Shown in pieces: positions 10,811-21,089 of a stretch of 46,457 bases of DNA. How positions within the stretch are numbered: the first letter of the stretch is position 1; the number at the start of each line of letters is the position of its first letter. The translations under genes were made by a program, and so were the position numbers. The notes below the pieces were generated by a model. It made no database searches. It was not told the DNA's origin and worked only from the letters and a program-made list of their open reading frames with translations. The DNA is taken from assembly GCA_002811645.1 (NCBI GenBank), contig PDIP01000074.1:1-46457 (forward strand). The letters are read 5' to 3'. Source of the stretch: Corallochytrium limacisporum Hawaii (taxonomy: Eukaryota > Protista > Pluriformea).

Positions 10811-11206
10811 TTAGTTTACAGGCTTAGCCGGCAGAATTTTTCTCAGCTCCTTCTCGACGATTGCTCTTGCAAACTCGAGCTCCTGTGGCACACTTCCCGA
10901 CACAAAGATCTGCCATCCGGTCCGCATGGATAGTCTCTGAGCCAGCTGTTCCAGGTCTGCATCCACATTCCCTCCGACAACAGAGCTGCTCACTGGTGTC
11001 TGGCGGCTTCCTACGGGCGGCATGGCTGCAACCACAGACCCGCCAGCAGGCTGTGATCCAATCCAAATCTGGGCGCACTGGTTCATATAGATCACCTCCA
11101 CATAGACCATGCCTTCTCCCATATTGATACCCAGTCGAGTAATAGGGAATTGACCGTCACCATCAGAGGAAAGCTCCTCTTTTGTCACCTCTACCATGCT
11201 ATCCAT
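10811..11206 (-). CDS. PSMG4: Proteasome assembly chaperone 4 (PAC4)
   Basis: IWIGS...VVAAMP...SSSVVGG...LAQRLSMRTGWQIFVS...VEKEL matches the PAC4 pattern. First ATG is at 11206. Confidence 0.8.
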   Translation of the reverse strand: MDSMVEVTKEELSSDGDGQFPITRLGINMGEGMVYVEVIYMNQCAQIWIGSQPAGGSVVAAMPPVGSRQTPVSSSVVGGNVDADLEQLAQRLSMRTGWQIFVSGSVPQELEFARAIVEKELRKILPAKPVN

Positions 11207-12032
11207 GGTGAATATTTTAGTTGCTTCTATAATCTTCGAACGGATACTGGGCAAGTGCTCCCTTTGTGGTATACTATCGGCCCAACTTCTTGTTATACCT
11301 CATCATGACACCTAGCGATGCTTCAGTGCCACGAAATAGAACACAAAATCAAACCACCAATGATTTGTTCACAACCTGCTCCACAAATTCAGGGACTGTG
11401 CCGATGAGGATAGTGGCTGTTTTCCTTCAAGTCGCCGGTCGGCGGACCCCCTCCGCACTCCTCTATCCGCAACTTTCAAAACAATCGCGGAAGCCTAGGA
11501 GGGAGAGAGTGTGCGTGGTGGGGAGACACCAAGCAAACCCATCCACGAAAATCCACTCGCGAGGCGGGGGGCCAGTTTGTGAAAGGGGGGGGGGGGGTGC
11601 GAAGCACGAAGAGACCAAGCGAGCGGAGGGGAGGCATGCGCAAATGGCGGGTCTCTGGGCGGGCGGCCTCACGGAAAGAGGAGGGGGCACGCGGTCCGAC
11701 ACGACGAGAGAGCATTGCCAGCCTTTTGGGGGCGAGCCCCTTTTTGATTTCAAAGTGACGACAAATACGTCGAGACAGTGTTGTGGTACATTATGAAAAC
11801 ATTAAAATAATGTAAACTGTACAGAAACATGTCCTTTAATTTGTTGACCATTCAGCTATTCATGAGCCCGTGTGGTCAATCCAGAACACGCGGAGTCCGC
11901 ACAAGTTCACCAAAACGTGACGTTCGAATCCGCGATCGGGAGCCCTTACGACTGCCTTGCGAGGACATTGGTGCAAATTATTGCACAATCTTATAGAACA
12001 TTAATAGGTACACATTTAGTAGATCGTTGACC

Positions 12033-14324
12033 ATGGCACCTCGCACCCGAAAGGCTGCGAATGCCAGTGCGGAGAAACGTCAGGCGCTCTTAGAGAAGGA
12101 ACAGGTGGAAGCCACCCTGCCAGAGGAGGTGGATGAGGTCGAAGACGTCGACGAGGACAGCAGTCAGTACTCTGGATTGGAAGACGAACCTGACACAGAC
12201 GAGGCTGATGATGAGGCGGAAGATGACAGTGACGATGACGTAGAGGAAGAGGATGATGACGATGAAGACGATGGCGGAGATGACGACGATGAAAGCGCTG
12301 GCGGGGATGACGACGGCGAAGAAGAGGAGGAGGAAGACGCAGACGAAATTGTCATTGAAGCAGCCACGAAGCTGTCCAATGGTTCCAAGGGACCCAGTGC
12401 AGTGGGAAAGCAAATCATGAACCTCATGGGTCTTCCTGGCTATGACAATGACTCCGACACCGACACAGACGATGACGACATCCATGTTCGCAATACCAGG
12501 GGCAACATTCCTATTGAATGGTACGATGACTTACCGCACCTGGGTTACGATTTGGCGGGTAAACCAATCGCTAAACCAGTCACTGGCGACAAGTTGGATG
12601 AATTCCTGGCAAAAATGGACGATCCAGACTATTGGAAGAAGTTCAAGGACGACAGTACCCAAGAGGATGTGAAGCTTACTGATGAGGACATTGAGATTAT
12701 CCGTCGTATTCAACAGGGTGCCTTCCCAGACCCGGAATTCGACCCCTATCCTGAATACATTGATTGGTTCACCAGGGAAAAGATGATCCATCCGCTGAAG
12801 AACGCTCCCGAGCCGAAGAGTCGCTTCCTGCCATCGAAGTGGGAGCACAAGACAGTCATGAAGCTGGTGCGGGCCATTCGCAAAGGTATTATCAAACCGC
12901 GGAAGCCTGCGGATAAGGATAGTGAGGTACAGCAGTCATACTACGATGTGTGGGAGAAAGAAGTGGGACAATTGCCGCTGGCCGGCAAACGCTTGGAACA
13001 TATTACGGCGCCGAAGCTCCGCCTCCCCGCCCACGAGGAGAGCTACAACCCTCCCCCCGAGTACCTGTTGGATGAGCAAGAGCAAAAGGCTTGGGAAGAG
13101 GAAGACCATCCTCTGGGTGCCATCATGCCGCAAAAGTACAAGTCACTGCGTGACGTCCCCGCCTATAACAAGTTTATCCAGGAGCGCTTCGAGCGCTGCT
13201 TGGATCTGTATCTCTGCCCTCGGGCCAAGAAGGTGCGCATGAACGTGAACCCAGAGGACCTATTGCCAGAGCTGCCCGACCTGGATGACTTGCGTCCCTA
13301 CCCTACCAAGATTGCCGTTACGTACGAGGGCCACACGGGCCGTGTGCGCAGCGTCAGTGTGGACCCCAGCGGTCACTACTTGGCCAGCGGTTCCGATGAT
13401 TGTACGATGCGCATTTGGGAAATCAGCACTGGACGCTGTCTGTCGACGAACCAGTACGACAGTGCGGTCAGTCGTGTCCAGTGGTGCCCCAACAGCAATC
13501 TATACCTGATCGTTGTGGCCACAGACCAGACAGTTCATGTGGTGATCCCGAAGATTGGGGTACCCTTCAGGAAGAAGGAGGCTCGCAAACTCCTGAGCAG
13601 TGGTGAAATTGCCGACTCCACTTGGCGCCGTCAGGAGCCTGAGGAGTCGAAGGATGACCTTAGCATCACAATCGACCACAACCAGTCCATCAAAGATGTC
13701 ACCTGGCACAAGAAGGGTGATTACATAGCCGTGGTTACCGATGACAGCACAGCCAGGAGCGTAGTGGTCCACCAGATTAGCGAAAAACGCTCACAGTTCC
13801 CCTTCGCAAAGCCGAAAGGTCTCGTACAGCGTGTCATTTTCCATCCGACGGAACCGCTCATTTTTGTGGCAACGCAGCAGCACATTCGGATTTACAACCT
13901 GGTCCACATGGAGATGGTCAAGAAGCTGAACCCGGGATCCAAATGGATCTCTAGTATTGCTATTCACCCCGAAGGTGACAACCTTATTGTATCGAGCTAT
14001 GACCGTCGCCTCAACTGGTTTGATCTCGAGCTGAGTTCCGAGCCGTACAAAACCCTGCGTTTCCACAAGGCTGCCATCCGTCGCGTCGCATTCTCCAATA
14101 AGCACCCACTGTTCGCTAGTGCAAGCGACGACTGCACAGTACAAGTTTTCCACGGCATGGTCTATGCTGACCTGATGCAAAACCCTTTGATTGTGCCCGT
14201 CAAGGTGCTTCGCGGACACGAGCCAGGTGAGGGCAACCTTGGTGTTCTTGATGTCACGTTCCACCCAACGCAGCCGTGGCTGTTCACTGCAGGGGCTGAC
14301 AAAAAGGTCTTCCTGTACACATAG
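12033..14324 (+). CDS. BOP1: Ribosome biogenesis protein BOP1/Erb1
   Basis: Acidic N-terminus, BOP1NT motifs (NTRGNIPIEWYDD.PHLGYD, ESYNPPPEYL, ERFERCLDLYLCPR) and C-terminal WD40 repeats ending FHPTQPWLFTAGAD. Confidence 0.97.
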   Translation: MAPRTRKAANASAEKRQALLEKEQVEATLPEEVDEVEDVDEDSSQYSGLEDEPDTDEADDEAEDDSDDDVEEEDDDDEDDGGDDDDESAGGDDDGEEEEEEDADEIVIEAATKLSNGSKGPSAVGKQIMNLMGLPGYDNDSDTDTDDDDIHVRNTRGNIPIEWYDDLPHLGYDLAGKPIAKPVTGDKLDEFLAKMDDPDYWKKFKDDSTQEDVKLTDEDIEIIRRIQQGAFPDPEFDPYPEYIDWFTREKMIHPLKNAPEPKSRFLPSKWEHKTVMKLVRAIRKGIIKPRKPADKDSEVQQSYYDVWEKEVGQLPLAGKRLEHITAPKLRLPAHEESYNPPPEYLLDEQEQKAWEEEDHPLGAIMPQKYKSLRDVPAYNKFIQERFERCLDLYLCPRAKKVRMNVNPEDLLPELPDLDDLRPYPTKIAVTYEGHTGRVRSVSVDPSGHYLASGSDDCTMRIWEISTGRCLSTNQYDSAVSRVQWCPNSNLYLIVVATDQTVHVVIPKIGVPFRKKEARKLLSSGEIADSTWRRQEPEESKDDLSITIDHNQSIKDVTWHKKGDYIAVVTDDSTARSVVVHQISEKRSQFPFAKPKGLVQRVIFHPTEPLIFVATQQHIRIYNLVHMEMVKKLNPGSKWISSIAIHPEGDNLIVSSYDRRLNWFDLELSSEPYKTLRFHKAAIRRVAFSNKHPLFASASDDCTVQVFHGMVYADLMQNPLIVPVKVLRGHEPGEGNLGVLDVTFHPTQPWLFTAGADKKVFLYT

Positions 14325-14553
14325 TCGACTGTTCCAATCAAAGGAACGCCAAATTTAAAGAAAAGATAGTCTTTTGGAAAACCCACATGTGTTTAACTTT
14401 TTGTTTAATCTGTTGGAAATGTTGGGAATGTTCGATGCAAGTTGAGAAACGTGAAAATGGAAAGAAAACAAGCACCTTATGGCCATCATTTGGATTGATG
14501 TCCCCAAGCCAAACAGAAGACCATCCTGATCATGCCATAGAAGTCCAGGTCCT

Positions 14554-15183
14554 TTAGCTCATCTCAGCCATAAGTTTGCTCAGCTCATCTTCGTCATCCT
14601 CCTTAACCACCTGCTGCTTGACCGGCTCCGTGGTAGGGACATCCGGCAGAGCAGTCATAGGCTCCGTAGCCAGCAGCTCCTCGTCCAGAGTCTCCTCCTG
14701 AAGTTCCTCCAATTCTGCCTCCAGCTCGTCGTCATCCAGTAGGTCGTTACCCAAGGGCTGTGCAATGGCATTGGAAATCTCGTTGGCCAGGTCCATCTGT
14801 TCCCGGATGTCATCCATGGTATCGTCGACCTTGTCAATGCTCATCTTGCCGTGGACCGACTTCATTGCCTGGGCTCCCTCACGCATGGCGGACAGAATTT
14901 CAGAGTTGGCCTTCATGTCCTCAAGGGCCATCATCTGTGTCTCCAGAGTAGTACGGCTCTGGCTGAGCTTCTCGATCTGTCCCTGGTACGCCTTCTTTCG
15001 CTTCAGGGCCATAAGAGCCACCCGCTTATTTGTCTTTGCATTTTTCTTGGCAATGGCATGCTCGGCATCAATCTTCTTCTCCAAGTATTGCTCACGCTTT
15101 TCCAGGAGCGCGCTGGCTTCCTTCAATTTCTGTAAGCTATCCTTTGGCTCAGGAGCTTTCTTGGCCTTTCCGAAGAGGTTCAT
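14554..15183 (-). CDS. CHMP4: ESCRT-III Snf7/Vps32 (CHMP4)
   Basis: LLEKREQYLEKKI...NKRVALMALKRKK...IDKVDDTMDDIREQ...EISNAI...DDDELEAELEEL and an acidic C-terminal helix. Confidence 0.95.
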   Translation of the reverse strand: MNLFGKAKKAPEPKDSLQKLKEASALLEKREQYLEKKIDAEHAIAKKNAKTNKRVALMALKRKKAYQGQIEKLSQSRTTLETQMMALEDMKANSEILSAMREGAQAMKSVHGKMSIDKVDDTMDDIREQMDLANEISNAIAQPLGNDLLDDDELEAELEELQEETLDEELLATEPMTALPDVPTTEPVKQQVVKEDDEDELSKLMAEMS

Positions 15184-15303
15184 TGTGTCTTATACTATGT
15201 GATTCAAAGCCTTTTGCAATTCTGCTTATATGTATGTTATGAAAGTTTCAAAGCACAGCCTACTTATGTCGACTGCCCCTCTTGTAGACCTTGCTACAAA
15301 AGA

Positions 15304-15482
15304 CTGTAAAAATTAGAAGTATGCAGGACCGATGTCAATTAGTCACTGCGTGTTGTTCGCAACGGGAAACGCCCGGGTTGCATAAAAATGTCAGTCGTGT
15401 ACAAACCATGCCTACAGATATATAAATGTAATGTACAAGTGACAGTGATCATGTTGTAGCTTTCTGTCTTCAAGAGGCTTAC
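15304..15482 (-). other. Putative 5'-UTR spliceosomal intron of SNF7 (179 nt)
   Basis: Minus strand TG|GTAAGC donor and TTCTAATTTTTACAG branch/acceptor. Splicing removes three upstream ATGs, and none remain between the acceptor and the start codon. Confidence 0.45.
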
Positions 15483-15981
15483 CAAGAAGGTTCTCCCGGG
15501 ACGACACACTGTGGGTAGCTACGTGCGTGCCTATTGTGTCGCTGTTGCTTCCCTAGGGAACCCCCGGGCCACCCCGGGGGGCCCTCCCTGGCCCAGGCAC
15601 AATAACGACCGAAGGGAAACCCAGCGGTGGTCTTGGCTTAGGGCCTCCAAAGAAGCGAGAAAGAAACCCGGGAAGGTCCAATCGACGACTGTCAAAACCC
15701 GGGAAGGCGGTTTGGGGTAGGGGGGGGGGATGTGCGCCGCCCTGCGCTTTGACACCGCTGGCTGCAAAAAATCGCCGGGAACGAATGCCACCATTGGCGG
15801 CGCGAGGTTCCAGCAAGGGTGGTGGTAGGGGGTAATCAGAAAAACAGCCAGCCGTGTCAAATAATGAAATGATGGCCAAGATGTGAACATTGGCTACGGA
15901 AGATGGTAAGGAAAATTGAATGAAAAAAATCTCTTCGTCAGGAACTATCATCTCTTCCCCTTTTTCCGAACCCGTTGGTAC

Positions 15982-16049
15982 GTGTGTGAGTGAGTGAGTG
16001 AGTGTGTGTGTGTGTTTTTCGTGTCTGTCCTCTGTGCGTGTGTGTGTGT
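15982..16049. repeat. Compound (GT)n/(GAGT)n microsatellite
   Basis: GTGTGTGAGTGAGTGAGTGAGTGTGTGTGTGTGT followed by a second GT run. Confidence 0.85.
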
Positions 16050-16258
16050 TGCCCAAGAACGCTCGCACGTTTGCATTGGAATAAAGCAAAAACAGTGAGA
16101 AAGAAAAAAGGGCAACTCCTCCCCCGGGTAATTAAAGAAAGAAAGGAGGCAGAAGAAAAAGAAATAAGAAAACAATGTCCGCCCGCCGCCAGTTTTCAAA
16201 CAAAAGCGCATGTATTCTTCCTGCGTGGTTGGGGAGAAGGTTGGGGGGGGGGCCCACT

Positions 16259-16259
16259 T

Positions 16260-16290
<31 letters not shown>

Positions 16291-16294
16291 TGGC
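16259..16294. repeat. (TGGC)n microsatellite
   Basis: About 9 units with one variant (TGAC). Confidence 0.9.
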
Positions 16295-17285
16295 CGGCCG
16301 GTCCTTGTGTTCCAGCGCCCCTGGGCCAGAGAAGGGTGGGCCGCAGGGAAGGGAAGGGGAGAGAGAGAGAGGGAGTCGAGTGCCCCTGGGTTCCCCGCTT
16401 GGCTGAGTCTCGAACATTTCTCTGTTCTGGCCCCGTAAATGCTCTGCCGATCCCCTACCTGCCTCGTTTTTGTTCGCCTGCTTTTGGCAAGGGTTGCTGG
16501 GATGATCACCGTTTCCCAGTGCTTTTTCCCTTTTTCTTTTTTTCCTTTCTCCTTTGGGAGCCCGGGCGCAGTCGCGGTAATGAATGTACGGGCGGTAGTG
16601 AAGGCAGCTGAGGAAACGAGGGTTAGCGGAAAAGGAAACGCCCCGGGGAGTGGAGGGGGATGATTTCAGGACGCGCACACTCCACTGTAAGCCAAAGGGG
16701 GAGGGGGGGCCAGCCACACTTGTCCGTCACTCTCAAGCGAAACAGGAGAAAATCGAAAAAATTCTCTTCAAGGCCTGAGACAACGGAGAAGGAGAGATAA
16801 GGGAACCCCGCCTAAGCCCCCCCCATTCCCGTAGTCTCAGTCACAACGACGGGCGACACACAGAGAGAAGATGGCGCGTACGCGGCGGTGATGGGGGGGG
16901 GGATGGGGTAGATAATCCCTGGGGGTATTGATTTGCAAGATGAACACAGTAACATTGAATGGTGCTGAACACGCTGCGAGAGATAGATTAAGACGAAAGA
17001 GTGAATGTATTGACTGCCAGCATCGAATTTTCCCTTTGGCAAAGCTTGATGGCTCGCATGGATCGAAGGCGCTGGTCAGAATGAGCAAGCACCTGGGAAG
17101 GGATGCGAACCCTTTGATCTGTCCCCGAGGCATTGTGGCCCCTGACTGTGCGTGAAGCATGTGCAAGATGATGCGCCTGCACAAAAACAAAGGTGGCACA
17201 ACACTTTCCCTCTGTTTCTTGCAAGAAACAGAAACAAATTCCCGACTTGTTCCCAAATACTAAGATATGTCAGAACGAACCGTGT

Positions 17286-17981
17286 TTAGGGCAGCAGAAT
17301 GCGGCCCATGGCAATACCAATGATGAATGCAAGGATGATGAAGAGCATGTTCATGTCACCGCCACTGCTGTTGATCTGCTTCAGGGCCTGAGGCGCAGGG
17401 GATGCCGCGGACTTGGAGACGGGCGCAGGAGAGGACTTTGCGGGGGTCTTCTTCTCCTCAAAGGCAGCAGCAGCAGCAGGAGCGGCCTGTGCAGGCACTG
17501 CAGTGCGAGCAGCGGATGCAGCAACAGGAGTCGCTGCTGTCTCTGTGCTGGTCTCCATGGCGTCGTTGTTCTCCTCACCACCCTTTGTGTCGCATCGGAG
17601 CTTTTGGTGCTTCACGATGTCCTTGTTGGATTCATTTTGCCGCCAAGTATGAGTAAGTTTTTCGACAAATTCGTCATCTGTGGGCGCACCGACGTCGTGA
17701 TTCTCCTGGAACATAGTCAGCACGAGGAACTTATCCCGACGCACATCATAGTCATCCTCCGGTGGCCGCAGAATCACGTCAATGTCTCTGGTTTCTCCCG
17801 CCGAGATCATACCCTGGTTCGGACGCACGCAGTACTTCTTAGGTTGTGTGGTCTTTACCTTGAACAGAATGTCCTTGCTTTCTTTGTTCTGAATGGTAAT
17901 TGTACCGCCAACAGGCTTCTCCCGGACTAGAGGAGTGGCGAAATAGATGGTCTCTGAGACCTCAGTGCTGGGATGTGGCAT
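17286..17981 (-). CDS. VAP: VAMP-associated protein (VAP/Scs2): MSP domain plus C-terminal TM anchor
   Basis: FKVKTTQPKKYCVRPNQG MSP signature, DKFLV, Ala-rich linker, C-terminal hydrophobic helix LFIILAFIIGIAMG. Confidence 0.93.
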   Translation of the reverse strand: MPHPSTEVSETIYFATPLVREKPVGGTITIQNKESKDILFKVKTTQPKKYCVRPNQGMISAGETRDIDVILRPPEDDYDVRRDKFLVLTMFQENHDVGAPTDDEFVEKLTHTWRQNESNKDIVKHQKLRCDTKGGEENNDAMETSTETAATPVAASAARTAVPAQAAPAAAAAFEEKKTPAKSSPAPVSKSAASPAPQALKQINSSGGDMNMLFIILAFIIGIAMGRILLP

Positions 17982-20102
17982 GGCTAGGAGAGTCGGCTTA
18001 GGTTCCGTTATGCTATATTATCGTATGTACAGTGCCTAAGCGTTCACAATGAAATGCGCATAACCTTGAAACTGTCGGTTCACACCACTTATCCTGTGAG
18101 CAGATTATCTCCCGGTTGTACCAAGGGTGTGTTGAATACCGTCCCGAGGTTAATTAATGTTTGGAATAGTACCGCACCCGACGATGTGGGCAATTCCACA
18201 AATACCAACACGTGATATCCAATAATTTAGATTAGAGTCCCAATTTTTCCACCGCAGTGCACGCGGGTGTGCAAAATCCAACCCTTCACGCACCGCTTCA
18301 TGTCTTGCTTTGGTTCCACGTAGCATCCACCGCAACCGATGCCAAGATTGAACCTCAAAGGCCACCTCCCAAAAAAAAAAACAATGCCAACCATCGCAGC
18401 TCAGCACGGCCCCGCAGTGGGCCCCCCGTTTTCCTCCCCTCTTGTCTGTCCTTCTCCTGACCCGGAGCTTAGTGCGCCAAAAATAATGCACGGGACAAAT
18501 TTTTTCCGTCGCTTAAAGGGGTAGGGACGAACGGGGGACCTGCCCCGTAAACACACACCACCACACACTTCGACAGGCGAGGGTACCGGACTCACTCAGC
18601 CCCACAACGGAGGGTGTCTCCCGGTGGTTGAGGTGATTTCAGTACTTCAGTACTGGATAAAAATTCCCCTCCGGTGAGGCGGGGAGGTTTGAGCGCCAGC
18701 AGAACAGGAAGGTTCCGGAGGGGGGGGGGGCCATAAACGCTCGCAAGCGCGAGCTCTTTCGGTGCGGAAGAGTGGACGCCACGCCAGGCTCCCATGTTCC
18801 ATATTGAAAGAACGGCTTAAAAGAGTCTCGACAGCATAAAACTGTGTCCCAGAACGGAAATGACGAACACACACCAATTTTCCCTGGTGGTCCCCCCGCC
18901 CCCCACAAGCCGTGCGCTGCCAAAAGAAAGCAAAAGATAAGGGAAAAATCCGCCCCCCCCCCCTCTCTTTTTTTCCAATCACCCACCCCATTTCAAAATA
19001 AGACCGGATATAAATATGCGAAACCGACAGCTTGCAGTGGATAGCTCCGTTACCCCCCCCCCCAGGGGGGTTCAGAGGCGGCGGGGGGAAGAGTGGAGGG
19101 AAGAAAACAAACGGATAACCGACTCCCGCGGAGCGGCTGGCCAAGGGTAAATGGGGGGAGTGACCGGATAGGTGGCTGGGTGATAGCTTGCGTTTGTCAT
19201 CGAATGGCTTGTATTGCTGCGAAGTGGCTTGTGTTTCGCGGATCCGTAGGGTATTTTATTCCTTCCCGTGGCATGCGGGGGGTGTTCTTTCAGCGGTGCT
19301 CTCTACCCATTTCAAGGGGAACGGAACATTGGCAGATTCGGGTCGGACGGTGAGAAAGTGCCCCGTACAACCCATATAGAAAAGATAACCTGAAGGGACC
19401 AGAAAAGGTTTTGGCTATGACAAAACGAAATCACCTGACCGGCAGCAAATTATCACTTGAGAGCGAGTACTATACTGCTGTGCCCAGCCCTTCCCTTCCC
19501 TACATTTCGTTCATCAAACCCGCCTCCTGTGCCACCTGGTTTGTGTTTAGTCCTGCAGTGTAATACTCTGAGGGGCACTGTGTATTTCTTCGTGTTCTTC
19601 ATCGTCAGCGGATGTACGCTATAATGGATATACTGTATTTTGGTCTGAGTTTTTGGATAGGTCGGTTTGGATATGTGGTGATACTTTCATTGGGCGGCGT
19701 GATTCTCGCCTGCCGGCTCTCGTTCGTTCGGACAGATCTTTCGGTGGGGGTGTGTGTCATATAAAGCAGGCAAACGGTCATCGGAACCTTGTGACGTGAG
19801 ACGAAGTTTTCATCGTAGTGAGGAGGACCACGGCTTCTCAACGCGGGTGTGGAATAGGTGTGGAACCTACAAGGTTTTTCCTTCGAATGGATCACGGACT
19901 AAAGTGTCCGGTACGTATGCAACCCGGCGAAGATAGGGTGAGAGAATTGCCACCCGACTGGTGGGTCTGTAGACCTGCGCACAGCGGGTACTACTGCACA
20001 CCGTACAATGCTGTGGGGACGGGCACTGGTGCAGCAGACGAGTAAAGGTCGCTGGCGTGTTCTAGTGCAGTATTTTTGACAGAGTTTGAAAACAACCCCG
20101 CG

Positions 20103-20798
20103 ATGGCAAGTCTGTTCCGACAACGACTGTCGAGCGGCTCGCGATGGGCAGCCAGTGTAGGACGAGGAGCACTGAAATCCCCGTCCAGCTACAAGAACGT
20201 CGGGTGTGGCGTAGGCACGTTTACATCCATTGGGTGGAACTCTCAGAATTTCATAATTCGTTGCGAGTCAAGTAAAACAGGCTTGACCGCCGAAGACATC
20301 GAAAACATGACTTTTTACGAATTTAAGTCGAAGACCCTCGAAGGCGAGGACTTCGACTTTGCCTCTCTGCAGGGCAAGACCGTTATTGTTGTCAACGTGG
20401 CCTCCAAGTGAGGCAAGACTGACATCAGTTACAAGCAACTCGTCGAACTTTATACCAAGTACCATGAGCATGGTCTGGAAATTATTGCCTTTCCCTGCAA
20501 CCAGTTTGGTGGTCAGGAACCCGGAACTCCCGCGGAAATTCGTGAGTTTGTGAAGGGCTACGGCGTTGAGTTCACCATGATGGAGAAGATCGACGTTAAG
20601 GGTAAGAACCAGGACCCTATTTACGCCTGGCTCACCCATGAGAAGAAGGGAATCCTTGGTACTGCTCTGATCAAGTGGAACTTTACAAAGTTCATTGTCG
20701 ATTCAAAGGGTACTGTTCTTAGGCGCCTCGGTCCTAATGAGGAGCCCAACAAGGGAGAGCCCTTGATCAAGGAACTCCTTGGCCTGGGTAAAGAGTAG
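20103..20798 (+). CDS. GPX: Selenocysteine glutathione peroxidase (GPx4/PHGPx-like), 231 aa, UGA=Sec at 20409-20411
   Basis: VNVASK-TGA-GKT continues in frame into AFPCNQFGGQEPG and IKWNFTKFIVD. The TGA is at the catalytic Cys/Sec position and a SECIS lies downstream. The N-terminus resembles a mitochondrial presequence. Confidence 0.95.
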
Positions 20799-21012
20799 GT
20801 CAATCACTAACTTTAGTGGACGGGGAATAGCACAACGCAAAAATGATTGAAAGCCCGCTGCAAGAGGCTGGTGTACTCACCACTGAGGACCGGGATCAGG
20901 TTTTGGAAACTGAAGGAATGCAACCTAAATGGGGCTGCAGTAAACGGGGTCACAATGAATTACGTGTTCGTTTGTAGGAATGTAGATCTCTCTGAAGCGG
21001 ACATTGTCATCA

Positions 21013-21089
21013 ATGCCTAGCTTCTTCCGTGACGAAGGTGGAGGAAACCTTACAAGGCTCCACTCTTCTGACACATTTGGGTCTGGTAT
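21013..21089 (+). promoter_or_regulatory. SECIS element (form 2, GUGA core) in the GPx 3' UTR
   Basis: GTGAC (21029-33); helix GAAG-GTGGAG pairs with CTCCAC-T-CTTC; unpaired AAA (21045-47); apical mini-stem CCT/AGG; 3' core TGAC (21069-72). Confidence 0.9.

Noticed and set aside
11867-11945. tRNA-like segment with GTTCGAATC
   Set aside because: T-stem and acceptor stem do not pair; at most an isolated B-box-like sequence.
15500-16950. Many 70-180 aa ORFs in the G/C-rich spacer
   Set aside because: By-products of homopolymers and microsatellites.
17193-17930. 245-aa Cys/Arg-rich + strand ORF
   Set aside because: Antisense to VAP; its composition mirrors the Ala-rich linker.
19354-19579. GAAAGTGCCCC ... 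GGGGCACT resembling RNase MRP P4
   Set aside because: No bulged U in P4, and no recognisable P1-P3 or other conserved regions.
20843-20900. ATGA close to the GPx stop as SECIS core
   Set aside because: No helix II or matching 3' GA; the element at 21029-21072 fits fully.
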